From assembly GCA_019057635.1 (NCBI GenBank), contig DXJL01000104.1:32001-96000 (forward strand): DNA of 64,000 bases. Reading direction: 5' to 3'. Positions 19,666 through 28,840 of this stretch are shown here, one piece after another. The position numbers were made by a program, and so were the translations under genes. How positions within the stretch are numbered: position 1 is the first letter of the stretch; every line of letters starts with the position of its first letter. The stretch comes from Candidatus Heimdallarchaeota archaeon (lineage in GTDB: Archaea; Asgardarchaeota; Heimdallarchaeia; Hodarchaeales; Hodarchaeaceae). The notes below the pieces were generated by a model. It was not told the DNA's origin and made no database searches. It saw nothing but the letters and a program-made list of their open reading frames with translations.

Positions 19666-20400
19666 TTGATGGAATCGAATCATATGTCTAACTTAACTCC
19701 TGTATCACTTAAAGCTATACTTTTTGATTTCGATGGCACTTTGGTCGACACAAAATCATTTTATTTCGGACTAATTGCTGATTATCTTGGTACAGACCAT
19801 ATCAAAACAATTTCCTTAGCGGGTGAGATTATCGAGGCTAAATTAGTACCTGAAGATGCTAATGTAAGATGGAAAATTATAAAGGCTTCCTACCAAGTTT
19901 CCCGAAAAATGGGATTTGGTATTATTCGATCCCTGAAGGCAATTTGGTATCTTTCACAAAATCATTCTAAGCATTTCTCCTCTGCGAAACCAACAGAGGG
20001 GACAATTCAAGGGATAATTAAACTAAAGAAACTAGGAGTTCAAATTGGGATTATCAGTTATACTTCTCGTAAAAAAATCTTATCTTTCTTATCTAAGTAC
20101 TTTCAAGACAGTAGCATAATACCAGAAAGAAATATTCTGGCTAAGGGAGAATTTGGAAAATCGAAGGAAGCGGGAATTGAAAAATTCATTAGATCATTTG
20201 ACCTTGTAGAACATAAATATTTGTGCGCAATTGTTGGTGATCTAGGAGGAGATATTCTTGCAGGCAATAATCTTGGTATCACAACAATTGGATTAACAAC
20301 GGGTTATGCCCCCTCAAAAATACTAAAATTAACTAAACCCTCTAAGATATTTAATTCGGTAATCGAATTAGCCGAAGCCGTCGAAATCCCTTCTAACTAG
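19666..20400 (+). CDS. HAD-family hydrolase
   Basis: FDFDGTLVDT; IVGDLGGDI. Confidence 0.88.
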   Translation: MMESNHMSNLTPVSLKAILFDFDGTLVDTKSFYFGLIADYLGTDHIKTISLAGEIIEAKLVPEDANVRWKIIKASYQVSRKMGFGIIRSLKAIWYLSQNHSKHFSSAKPTEGTIQGIIKLKKLGVQIGIISYTSRKKILSFLSKYFQDSSIIPERNILAKGEFGKSKEAGIEKFIRSFDLVEHKYLCAIVGDLGGDILAGNNLGITTIGLTTGYAPSKILKLTKPSKIFNSVIELAEAVEIPSN

Positions 20401-21907
20401 GATCTACCCATGCTTTGGCCTTTGTTACCGCCTTATTCCAATAGTGAAGGTGTTTTTTACGTTCATCCTCACTCATACTCGGCTTAAAAATCCTATCAAC
20501 AGCCCATGTTTCCTTTAGCTCCCTTAAATCCTGCCAGTATCCTACAGCTAACCCCGCTGCGTATGCGGCTCCTAAAGCTGTGGTTTCCTCAATTCTTGGT
20601 CGAATGCACTCAATCCCCAAAATATCCGCTTGAAATTGCATCAACAAGCTATTCTTTGATGCCCCTCCATCTACTCTTAAATTAGATAACTTAACTTTAC
20701 TATCTACTTCCATGGCATCGAAAACATCTACAGATTGAAATGCGATAGATTCCAATACAGCACGGGTGATATGTGCTTTGTTACTTCCTCTAGTTAGCCC
20801 CACGACTGTTCCACGCGCAGTTATATCCCAATGGGGGGAAAATAGTCCAACAAATGCAGGGACAAAATACACTCCTCCATTGTCTTCAACCGAAGATGCT
20901 AATTCCTCAGATTCCTTGGCCGTTGAAAAAAAACCTAATTGATCCCTTAACCACTGTACAGCTGCTCCACTTATCGCAATGCTTCCTTCCAACGCATAAG
21001 TGATTTCGTTACCAACTCCATAGCCAACCGTTGTAATTAATCCTGATTTCGATTGAACAATATTTTTTCCAGTATTCATAAGAAGGAAGTTACCAGTTCC
21101 GTATGTGTTCTTTGCATTTCCACTTTCAAAACAAGTTTGTCCAAACAAGGCTGCTTGTTGATCTCCTAAGTCACCACATATAGGGGGACCTTTTCCTTCG
21201 GCTTTCCATACGTATCCATAAATATTTGAATCGCTAGAAGGACGAATATCAGGTAACATAGATCGAGGAACTTTTAAAATTTCTAATAGCTCATCATCCC
21301 ATTTTAGTGTTTTTAAATTCATCAACATTGTACGAGACGCATTTGAAAAATCTGTGACATGAACTCCACCTTTAATCCCTCCAGTTAAATTCCATAGAAT
21401 CCATGTATCAATATTCCCAAAAAGAAGCTGTTGATTTGTAACTTTTGAGCGTGATTTACTTACATTATCTAAGATCCATTGAATTTTGGGACCTGAAAAG
21501 TAAGTTGCTGTAACTAAACCAGTTCGAGCTTTGATCTCATCTTCTAATCCTTCCCTCTTTAACGATTCACAGATGTCATTAGTACGAGTACACTGCCAGA
21601 CGATGGCATTACAAATCGGGATTCCAGAATTTTTATTCCAAACAACTGTCGTTTCTCGCTGATTTGTTATACCAATAGCTTTTAAATCATCAATAGATAA
21701 CTTAGCAGATTGCAGGGCTTTATGTATGGCGAAATCCGTATTTTTCCATATTTCCAGAGGATCATGCTCTACCCACCCAGGTTTAGGAAAGATTTGTTGA
21801 TGTTCTTTGTAGTGCGAACTAACCAAATTACTTTCGTGATCAAAAATCATGAATCTTGTGCCTGTGGTACCCTGATCAATAGCACCTATGTACTTTTCTG
21901 TGACCAA
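20393..21907 (-). CDS. glpK: Glycerol kinase
   Basis: AIDQGTTGTR, ITNQRETT, VWQC, YFSGPK, NASRT, GDQQAALFGQ, KNTYGTG, VDGG, ETTALGAA. Confidence 0.97.
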   Translation of the reverse strand: MVTEKYIGAIDQGTTGTRFMIFDHESNLVSSHYKEHQQIFPKPGWVEHDPLEIWKNTDFAIHKALQSAKLSIDDLKAIGITNQRETTVVWNKNSGIPICNAIVWQCTRTNDICESLKREGLEDEIKARTGLVTATYFSGPKIQWILDNVSKSRSKVTNQQLLFGNIDTWILWNLTGGIKGGVHVTDFSNASRTMLMNLKTLKWDDELLEILKVPRSMLPDIRPSSDSNIYGYVWKAEGKGPPICGDLGDQQAALFGQTCFESGNAKNTYGTGNFLLMNTGKNIVQSKSGLITTVGYGVGNEITYALEGSIAISGAAVQWLRDQLGFFSTAKESEELASSVEDNGGVYFVPAFVGLFSPHWDITARGTVVGLTRGSNKAHITRAVLESIAFQSVDVFDAMEVDSKVKLSNLRVDGGASKNSLLMQFQADILGIECIRPRIEETTALGAAYAAGLAVGYWQDLRELKETWAVDRIFKPSMSEDERKKHLHYWNKAVTKAKAWVDPS

Positions 21908-21986
21908 AGGGAATGAACTCCATAACTAGGATTTTAGACGATTAAACTCTTATTAAACAATTTTGTAAATGTCAATACTGGTGAGT

Positions 21987-22517
21987 CTACTTCCCCTGAG
22001 AAGTCTTATCTATTTTTCTTTTCACTTGGTTCAAGAGAGACTGGTTCTTACCAAAACTACATCGAAGCACTTCGTAATCAAATTTTAAACTAAATTCAGA
22101 TAGAAAATCATCAAAAATCGATTCACGAAGAACTATTATATTCCCCTGAGGTCGAGTAAGGGCTGTTTCAAGTACAGGAAAGTACCCTTTTCCATCCATC
22201 TCCAAAATGCCAATTTCATCGATGAAAAGGTATGCACAATCCTGTCCACTAGAAATATGTTGTAGCGCAAGTTGCATGTTCTTTTCACTAATTCGAAATT
22301 TCCCAATAGAAACTGAGGATTCGTGATTTTTAGCCTCAAATGAAATTTTCTCTTCGCTTTGAATTAAATAAAAACATCTCACTGTGTTCAGGATGGTGAT
22401 AACCCCTCCAGCAGAGAGTTCATGGTTTTGAATATGATTTAAAATTTCTAGACATAAGGTAGATTTCCCAGACTTGCTCGGCCCTGTAATGAGAAATGAA
22501 GGGTTCTTACTTACCAT
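21987..22517 (-). CDS. Nucleoside-triphosphatase (THEP1/NTPase_1-like)
   Basis: ITGPSKSGKST; FIDEIGILE. Confidence 0.8.
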   Translation of the reverse strand: MVSKNPSFLITGPSKSGKSTLCLEILNHIQNHELSAGGVITILNTVRCFYLIQSEEKISFEAKNHESSVSIGKFRISEKNMQLALQHISSGQDCAYLFIDEIGILEMDGKGYFPVLETALTRPQGNIIVLRESIFDDFLSEFSLKFDYEVLRCSFGKNQSLLNQVKRKIDKTSQGK

Positions 22518-22690
22518 GATTAACCCTTTTTTACTCTATTTATAAACTCGTATTAGTCTAAATTTCATAATTTGATTTGGTAGGCAACTTAAATTTAAGA
22601 GTTCCGAAAGAAGAATTCGTACTTCAGTTTTTCTATAGCCCACAATTTACACTCGGTTTGGTACAAGGGTTGACAATAGTCAATATTTCT

Positions 22691-22722
22691 GTGGACAAAT
22701 AGAGACAAATATGGACAGATAT
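22691..22722 (+). repeat. Three degenerate 10-bp tandem repeats
   Basis: GTGGACAAAT AGAGACAAAT ATGGACAGAT. Confidence 0.45.
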
Positions 22723-22784
22723 CCCAGAGAAAAGGTGGTTTTCAAGGAAAATTCATATCTCCCTAAAAACCGAGAAATGGCAGG

Positions 22785-23870
22785 CTAGTTCACATCGATA
22801 ATACCATCGCCAGTGATTGCGAATACTGTTTCATTTTCAGGCAAAAGAGGTGAGTCGGCAATTCGAGCAATCCGGCGTTCACCCTTGGATTTTCGAAGGT
22901 AAACACGAGTCTGACTTGCATGAGCTACAATATGTCCACCAACAGGCAAAGTTGGATCACCAAAAAACATATCTGGTTTAGAATGGACTTGATTAGTGAG
23001 AATGACTGCCATATTTCCGACTTCGGCCATTTTTAGTAATGTATGGATATGTTGATTCAATTTTTGTTGTCTGGTAGCTAATGTTCCTCTGCCGATATAT
23101 TCCGCACGAAAATGTGCAATTAAGGAGTCAACTATGACCAATCCGATTGGCTCTGTTTGGCTATCTTGAGCTGCTTTTTCAGCTAGAACCATTTGATGGT
23201 CACTATTATATGCACGGCCATGCATAATGTTTTTTAAGACTTGTTTGACATCCAAATCACCTTCCCATCTCTTAGTCATATTTAAAATACGTTCAGGCCG
23301 AAACGTACCTTCAGTATCGATATAAATTACTTTTATTGGACCATCAACACGTAATCCTCCTAATTCACGCGGTAGCTGCGCAGCAACACATAATTGATGA
23401 GCTAATTGAGTTTTTCCTGTTCGGAATTCCCCATAAAGTTCAGTAACTGCACCAGTTTCAATCCCACCTCCGAAAAGGTCATCCAACGATGCTGAACCAG
23501 TAGTAATCTTTAACATGTTCCGTCGGCGTTCTAATATTTCATCTGCAGATACAAAGCCGAAATTAAGTGAATCTCTCGCCGCTTGGATAATTTTACTCGA
23601 AGTAGCTTCTCCAAGATTCCCCACTGCAACTAACTGGCCAATACTCACCGTAGCGAGTGATTCCAGTGTTCCAAAACCTGATTCCCTCAGTTTTTTTGCG
23701 GTTGCAGGACCAATACCTGGAAGATCATCAATACTTCCCGTTGATGCTTCATTATTAGTAGCTACATTAGGAACAGAAGTGGAATTTTCTGACATTGTAC
23801 CTTCCAACACACCTTCTTCCTCAACAATTTCATTCTTAGCATTATTTGATTTTTTCTTGCGGGGTGGCAT
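22785..23870 (-). CDS. radA: DNA repair and recombination protein RadA
   Basis: HhH DLPGIGP; GEFRTGKTQ; IDTEGTFRPER; HFRAEYIGRG.LA.RQQ; TNQV; GGHIVAH; DSP.LPE. Confidence 0.97.
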   Translation of the reverse strand: MPPRKKKSNNAKNEIVEEEGVLEGTMSENSTSVPNVATNNEASTGSIDDLPGIGPATAKKLRESGFGTLESLATVSIGQLVAVGNLGEATSSKIIQAARDSLNFGFVSADEILERRRNMLKITTGSASLDDLFGGGIETGAVTELYGEFRTGKTQLAHQLCVAAQLPRELGGLRVDGPIKVIYIDTEGTFRPERILNMTKRWEGDLDVKQVLKNIMHGRAYNSDHQMVLAEKAAQDSQTEPIGLVIVDSLIAHFRAEYIGRGTLATRQQKLNQHIHTLLKMAEVGNMAVILTNQVHSKPDMFFGDPTLPVGGHIVAHASQTRVYLRKSKGERRIARIADSPLLPENETVFAITGDGIIDVN

Positions 23871-24551
23871 CCTAAATCACACCGTAGATTTCATATGAGA
23901 TGATAAGACATGATTCACACATCGTTTTAACTAAACAGAGCATATTATCCAAATGATTTTTTGCTTAATCGTAATTCAATGGACTCTACTAGGTAAATCA
24001 AAAAAAATATGTCTGATCTTTGGAAGAGAAGAACAAAGATTTAGTTTCAAGTAGTTATCCCAGCAAGAAATGCGGTAATTACAGGATTTCGTTCATATAT
24101 TTGCAACTCTGCAGTTAAATAGATATTCTGGTTTATTCTTGTCATTTTCGAGGAAGTCACTCTCACTCCAAGAGGTAGTTTTAGAATAAGTCCTTGTTAA
24201 TCACTTTCATTTTACTCTCTATTGAATAACAATTATCTAGAAAAAAGCAAAGAAGAATCTTAGTAATTGTTTTTAGATATCTCATCTGGTGGTTCTGACA
24301 AAAGCTCCGTAAAACTTCGTTGAACTCTATTTACGAAAGAAAATCCAGAAACATCAACACACTACGGGAATTCTCCTGACTCTAAATCACTTATACTTAC
24401 TCCTCAACCATCTATCTGCGGTTAACCCATATTTAGTTACTATTTGATTTTAATAACTGTGTCCTTAAGACTTTTTTACGAAGCGACAATATATTCACTT
24501 AATACCGAATTAAAAGGTAACTTTCTGATTGAACCCGACTTAATTCTGTTC

Positions 24552-24609
24552 GAGTTGAAAAAGTCAACTACCCCGCGGTAAAGCATTGGGGTTTCCTTGA
24601 GTTGAAAAA
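24552..24609 (+). repeat. IS200/IS605-end-like degenerate hairpin flanked by 11-bp direct repeats
   Basis: GAGTTGAAAAA at 24552-24562 and 24599-24609 enclose GTCAACTACCCCGCGGTAAAGCATTGGGGTTTCCTT. Confidence 0.55.
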
Positions 24610-25893
24610 ATGAATACCAATAAAAATTACTCTTTTTCAGATCTTTTTGGTTCTCATCCAACAGTTTTTCGCGAAGATGATGGTGATGTAAATCAAGGAG
24701 AAAAAGTGTTTACATCTTCATATACACCTCATTCTATCTGGCATCGGGAAGATGAAATGAAAGCCCTTGTTTCATATTTTAAATCTATCATCACAAGTCC
24801 GACTGCTTCTTCAAAGAAAGTAATTCTTTATGGACCAGTGGGGACTGGAAAAACTGTCATCTCCCATGCTTTTGGAACTGAATTGACAACTTATATAGCT
24901 AAAAATCGTGATCATGGAGAGCCGAGATTTAGATATTTTCATATTAATTGTAGGAAGACTAAAACTCCACATCTCATTCTAACAACCATCCTAAGATATC
25001 TAGTGTCAGGATTTCCCTTGAGAGGGTTTAGTGTAGATGAATTATTACGAATGTTCACCCTCTTACTATATGAACAGAACTTAACAGTGCTCCTTGTCTT
25101 AGACGAAATTGATTACCTGTTACCTGAGGAAAGGACTGACTTTCTTTATTCTCTTTCCCGATTAGAAGAATCACCTATTATTAGAGAAGAATTCGAGCTT
25201 TCTCAGGACCGTTTAGAGTCCCGTTTTAATCTTCTCACGATTACTCGGGATAAGAATTTCCGTTATTATTTAGATACTTCCACCGCTTCATCTTTAGGTC
25301 GCAATTATATTACATTTGCCCCATACACTCGGTATCAACTATTCGATATACTAGCAACCCGAGCAGAGCTGGGGCTATGTGAAGATAGTTATAGCGATGA
25401 GCTACTAGATACAGTTGCCAGTCTTGCAGAAGAAAAAGGTGATGCTAGATTTGCTATTGAACTTCTTTGGAGAACTGCAAAAATTTGTGAAGCCGAGGGA
25501 GAAAAAAAACTTAGTACAGAGCATGTTAGACGAGCAGTTGTGGAAGTACTACCAATTGAAAAATCAATAATTGATGATTTAAACACCCACCAAAAACTTG
25601 TGTTGCTCAGTATTGCCCGTCTTCTTTCGGTTTGCAATCAGTCATTTGTAACTACTCTCGAAGTAAAAGGGGAATACGAAAGGGTGTGCGAAGAAGCAAG
25701 TATACGTAGTAGACGGCAAACACAAGTATGGGCATATCTAAAGGATTTAGGTCGACTTGGTTTAATTCAACAAGAAGTGGAAAATCGTCATACTAATGGT
25801 CGGTCTTTAGGACGAATTTCAACCATAAGGATTCGTGACTTACCGACAGAGGAAATTATCACTTCCCTTGGATCTTTGTTGAACGGAGACTAA
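24610..25893 (+). CDS. cdc6: Orc1/Cdc6 replication initiator
   Basis: YTP...HRE; GPVGTGKT; INC; LVLDEID; PYT..QL..IL..R; GDARFAI; C-terminal winged helix. Confidence 0.95.
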   Translation: MNTNKNYSFSDLFGSHPTVFREDDGDVNQGEKVFTSSYTPHSIWHREDEMKALVSYFKSIITSPTASSKKVILYGPVGTGKTVISHAFGTELTTYIAKNRDHGEPRFRYFHINCRKTKTPHLILTTILRYLVSGFPLRGFSVDELLRMFTLLLYEQNLTVLLVLDEIDYLLPEERTDFLYSLSRLEESPIIREEFELSQDRLESRFNLLTITRDKNFRYYLDTSTASSLGRNYITFAPYTRYQLFDILATRAELGLCEDSYSDELLDTVASLAEEKGDARFAIELLWRTAKICEAEGEKKLSTEHVRRAVVEVLPIEKSIIDDLNTHQKLVLLSIARLLSVCNQSFVTTLEVKGEYERVCEEASIRSRRQTQVWAYLKDLGRLGLIQQEVENRHTNGRSLGRISTIRIRDLPTEEIITSLGSLLNGD

Positions 25894-25904
25894 AAGAGAA
25901 GAGG

Positions 25905-27002
25905 TTACATCCCAAAGCTCAATGCAACATATATCCAATCAACGGCAAACCAGATAATTGCTCCAAGTACTGCAGTTACTGGAACGGTGACTACCCAAGA
26001 AATAACAATTGTATTCACCATTTTTCGTTGAATTGGTAATCTTTCAGCCCAACCAACGGCAATCATTGCGGCTATAAGAACATGGGTTCCACTTAATGGA
26101 AAACCAGCCAATGTTCCTATTGTCATAACTAGCGTCACAGCTACCATGGCCGACAAAGCCGAACCTGCATTCATTGAAACGATTTCCTTCGCAACAACTT
26201 TGATAACTTTCCAACCAACCAAGATTAAACCCAAAGCCATCCCCACCCCCCCAATAATCATTAAATATTCAGTAAAGGTTCCAGGAGAGGTACTATCATT
26301 TAGAATCTGTAATGATAAAACTGGGGCGATAGAGTTCGCGACATCATTCCCAGCTCGAGATGCGGAACTCAGTATTAAAAAAAAACTAAGCAGATATGTA
26401 TAAACGCGATCTAAACGTTCTCGCTCGGTCATTTGAAACCCTACCGCTTGTTCCTCATCTATATCCTTTTCTTCAATGTCTTCCAGTTTTTTGGTAAAAT
26501 AAGTCTCCTCGAATCGCTGTAACCAGAACTGAACCGTTGAAGCAGCAAAAAATCCAATTATTGGACTTAAAATCCAGCCTGCAGCAATTTCTGTAAGTTG
26601 CCAATAATCAACTGAGAAAACACCCCATTCTGGGGATTTCAATCCTGCAACTACACATACACCAATTATCGCACCAATCACCTATTGTGTGGTTGAGATA
26701 GGTAAACCCTCAGCTATACTTGTTGATACAAGAACGATTATCATTGCTATCAATATTGAAATTATCATAGGGTCAGTTAAAACACGATTTCCTATCAAAT
26801 CTTTCCCTATTTTCTAGGCAACAGGTGCACCCATAAGAAACGCACCTAGAACACTAAAGATAGCTCCAAGAATTACAGCCGTACGCAATGTAAATACACC
26901 CGAAGCAATACCAGGTGCCATCATTTCATCATTTGTACCTGCAGCAAAAGCTACAGCGAAAGCCATGGCAAGGGCAAAAAGAAAAATGATAACTTCAATC
27001 AA
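25905..27002 (-). pseudogene. PiT-family inorganic phosphate transporter interrupted by two in-frame TAG codons (pseudogene or amber readthrough)
   Basis: One frame from 27002 to 25905: GTND...GAPVA*KIGKDLI...GLPISTTQ*VIGAIIG...AGNDVANS...GFPLSGTH...SWVVTVP. TAG at 26814-26816 and 26682-26684. Confidence 0.88.
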
Positions 27003-27011
27003 AGAGCGCCC

Positions 27012-27692
27012 TCATTGCCCATATTTTACTGTCATAACTTGAATATAATCAGATGTTTGTTCAGCTGCTTCTGCAACGACAATCAAACTAACGGATATCT
27101 TATAGCAATAATATGCATCTTTGGCATCATAATCAGGTGAATTTATCCTCCCAAAAATATGGAAATCTAAATCTCGCGCTTCTTCACGGGTACTATCTAC
27201 CTTCCCTGCATATTTTCTTGCCTTCTCGTGATCCGCATCAACATATTTTAGTGCATCTTGTAAAAAATCAGTGCACTGATGTACTTTCTCTGCTAAAATC
27301 GGCATCTCATGGGGAATTCTCTGTGGAAAATCCTCCCGAGCGACAAGCCGACGGATTACTACTTCTGTTTTATTGACAATATTATCCATATGTCGGACTA
27401 ACCGATGTCTATCTTCTGTTGCTTGCGGTAGGTATGCTCCCTTAGAGAAAATAGTGTCTATCAACTCTTCTTTAATGTCGTCGCATCGACGTTCGGCTTT
27501 CACAATTTCATCCTTTAAATGCATAATCTTTGATCGAGCTTCTGGATCTTTCTCATGATTTGACCAAATAATAATTGCATCAGCTAGTTTAGCTGAAGCT
27601 ATTTGTAATTCCTTTGCTAATTGCACAAATAGCTCCTCGCCTCGTTTCCACAGTTTTTTATCTCTTCGAAATAACAAAAATTCACCATCCAC
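27012..27692 (-). CDS. DUF47/PhoU-like phosphate transport regulator
   Basis: ERRCDDIKEE...YLP...EDR...D motif; upstream of PiT. The start is probably TTG after a GGTGA site. Confidence 0.85.
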   Translation of the reverse strand: MDGEFLLFRRDKKLWKRGEELFVQLAKELQIASAKLADAIIIWSNHEKDPEARSKIMHLKDEIVKAERRCDDIKEELIDTIFSKGAYLPQATEDRHRLVRHMDNIVNKTEVVIRRLVAREDFPQRIPHEMPILAEKVHQCTDFLQDALKYVDADHEKARKYAGKVDSTREEARDLDFHIFGRINSPDYDAKDAYYCYKISVSLIVVAEAAEQTSDYIQVMTVKYGQ

Positions 27693-27867
27693 TAAGAATG
27701 TCTTTGATAACCATCCTCCAATAATTCATTTATGAATTCCTCGCATTATCCTACAACTAAGTTACATATTCATCTCGGGATATGTTCCATAAATGAAATC
27801 TTTATATCCTCACCTCCAGTTAATTTGGAAATGAAACTATGCTTTCCGCTAGAGGTTTGTTTTCACA

Positions 27868-28836
27868 TTGTCAAAAGAAAAAGAGTTCTTAATTCAAGAT
27901 TTAACAATTGATGATGAGTATGATACAATTTCAGCCAATGCTTCAGTACAAGAAGCGGCATTAAAAATGAAGGAAAAAGGAATTCCGGATTTGGTTGTCC
28001 TTGATGACGATAATATGTATCAGGGCATCATAGCTGATTTTGATATTGTAACTGGCTTGGTTGCAGAAGGGTTATCCGTGGATAAGTCGAAAGTAACCGA
28101 GATTATGTACACAATTGACCCAGTCACAAAAAATACAACAGTATCCGATGCTTTTGCTCGTATGAGAGACTTAGATGTATCAGTCGTTCCTGTTGTAGAA
28201 AATAATGAAGTAATCGGAGTTGCTACGATAACTGATTGCTGGGGATTTTTACCTGAAAAGTATGAAGACCAAAAAGGCCTTATACCTGTTTCTAATCCTC
28301 GATTTGCAAATTATAGTTTTACCATTCTTATGTCGGTGTTATACCTATTTTTCGGGATTTTTGCTCCCCTTATAGGTATTGTTGGTTACCTAAAAGCACC
28401 GATTGCAAGCCAAGGGGGTTTCACAGCCACGTACTATCTTTTTGAGGCTCGAGGAGCTAGTTTTTGGATCCGATATACAGACATCCAAGGTCAATTTAAC
28501 TTTTTATGGCTTTCCCTGTCAATCTTTGGGGTTTTATTTATCGTTCTTGGTCTTGTAAGCATTTATGCAATTTTCCAATGGGCATATGCAGATTATAAGA
28601 TGATTAAAGTCAATCGAAATTGGCATGCTATTGGTACATTATTAGGTCTGTTAGGAATTATAGTAGAATGGCTATTCTTTGTTTCTTTCATTCTGATGGA
28701 TGTCCTACGTGTTTCTAGTACTCAAATTGATTTTGGTGGATTGTTATTCTCAGTTATAGCCATAATTTGTCTACTCGCAGCCGTTTCTCGTGACCTTGTA
28801 TTCCGCGAAACGTCCGCCACACCCGAGGAGGAATAA
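27868..28836 (+). CDS. CBS-pair domain membrane protein
   Basis: Two CBS repeats (ASVQEAALKM...GII...DI; TTVSDAFARM...VPVVENNEVIGV) and ~4 TM helices. Confidence 0.85.
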   Translation: MSKEKEFLIQDLTIDDEYDTISANASVQEAALKMKEKGIPDLVVLDDDNMYQGIIADFDIVTGLVAEGLSVDKSKVTEIMYTIDPVTKNTTVSDAFARMRDLDVSVVPVVENNEVIGVATITDCWGFLPEKYEDQKGLIPVSNPRFANYSFTILMSVLYLFFGIFAPLIGIVGYLKAPIASQGGFTATYYLFEARGASFWIRYTDIQGQFNFLWLSLSIFGVLFIVLGLVSIYAIFQWAYADYKMIKVNRNWHAIGTLLGLLGIIVEWLFFVSFILMDVLRVSSTQIDFGGLLFSVIAIICLLAAVSRDLVFRETSATPEEE

Positions 28837-28840
28837 AAAA

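Noticed and set aside
22785-25893. Inteins in RadA or Cdc6
   Set aside because: Both have normal length and contiguous motifs.
28790-28840. GTG start given by the ORF track for the RGG protein
   Set aside because: It overlaps the CBS gene; ATG 28841 has a strong GAGGAGG site and follows the upstream stop.
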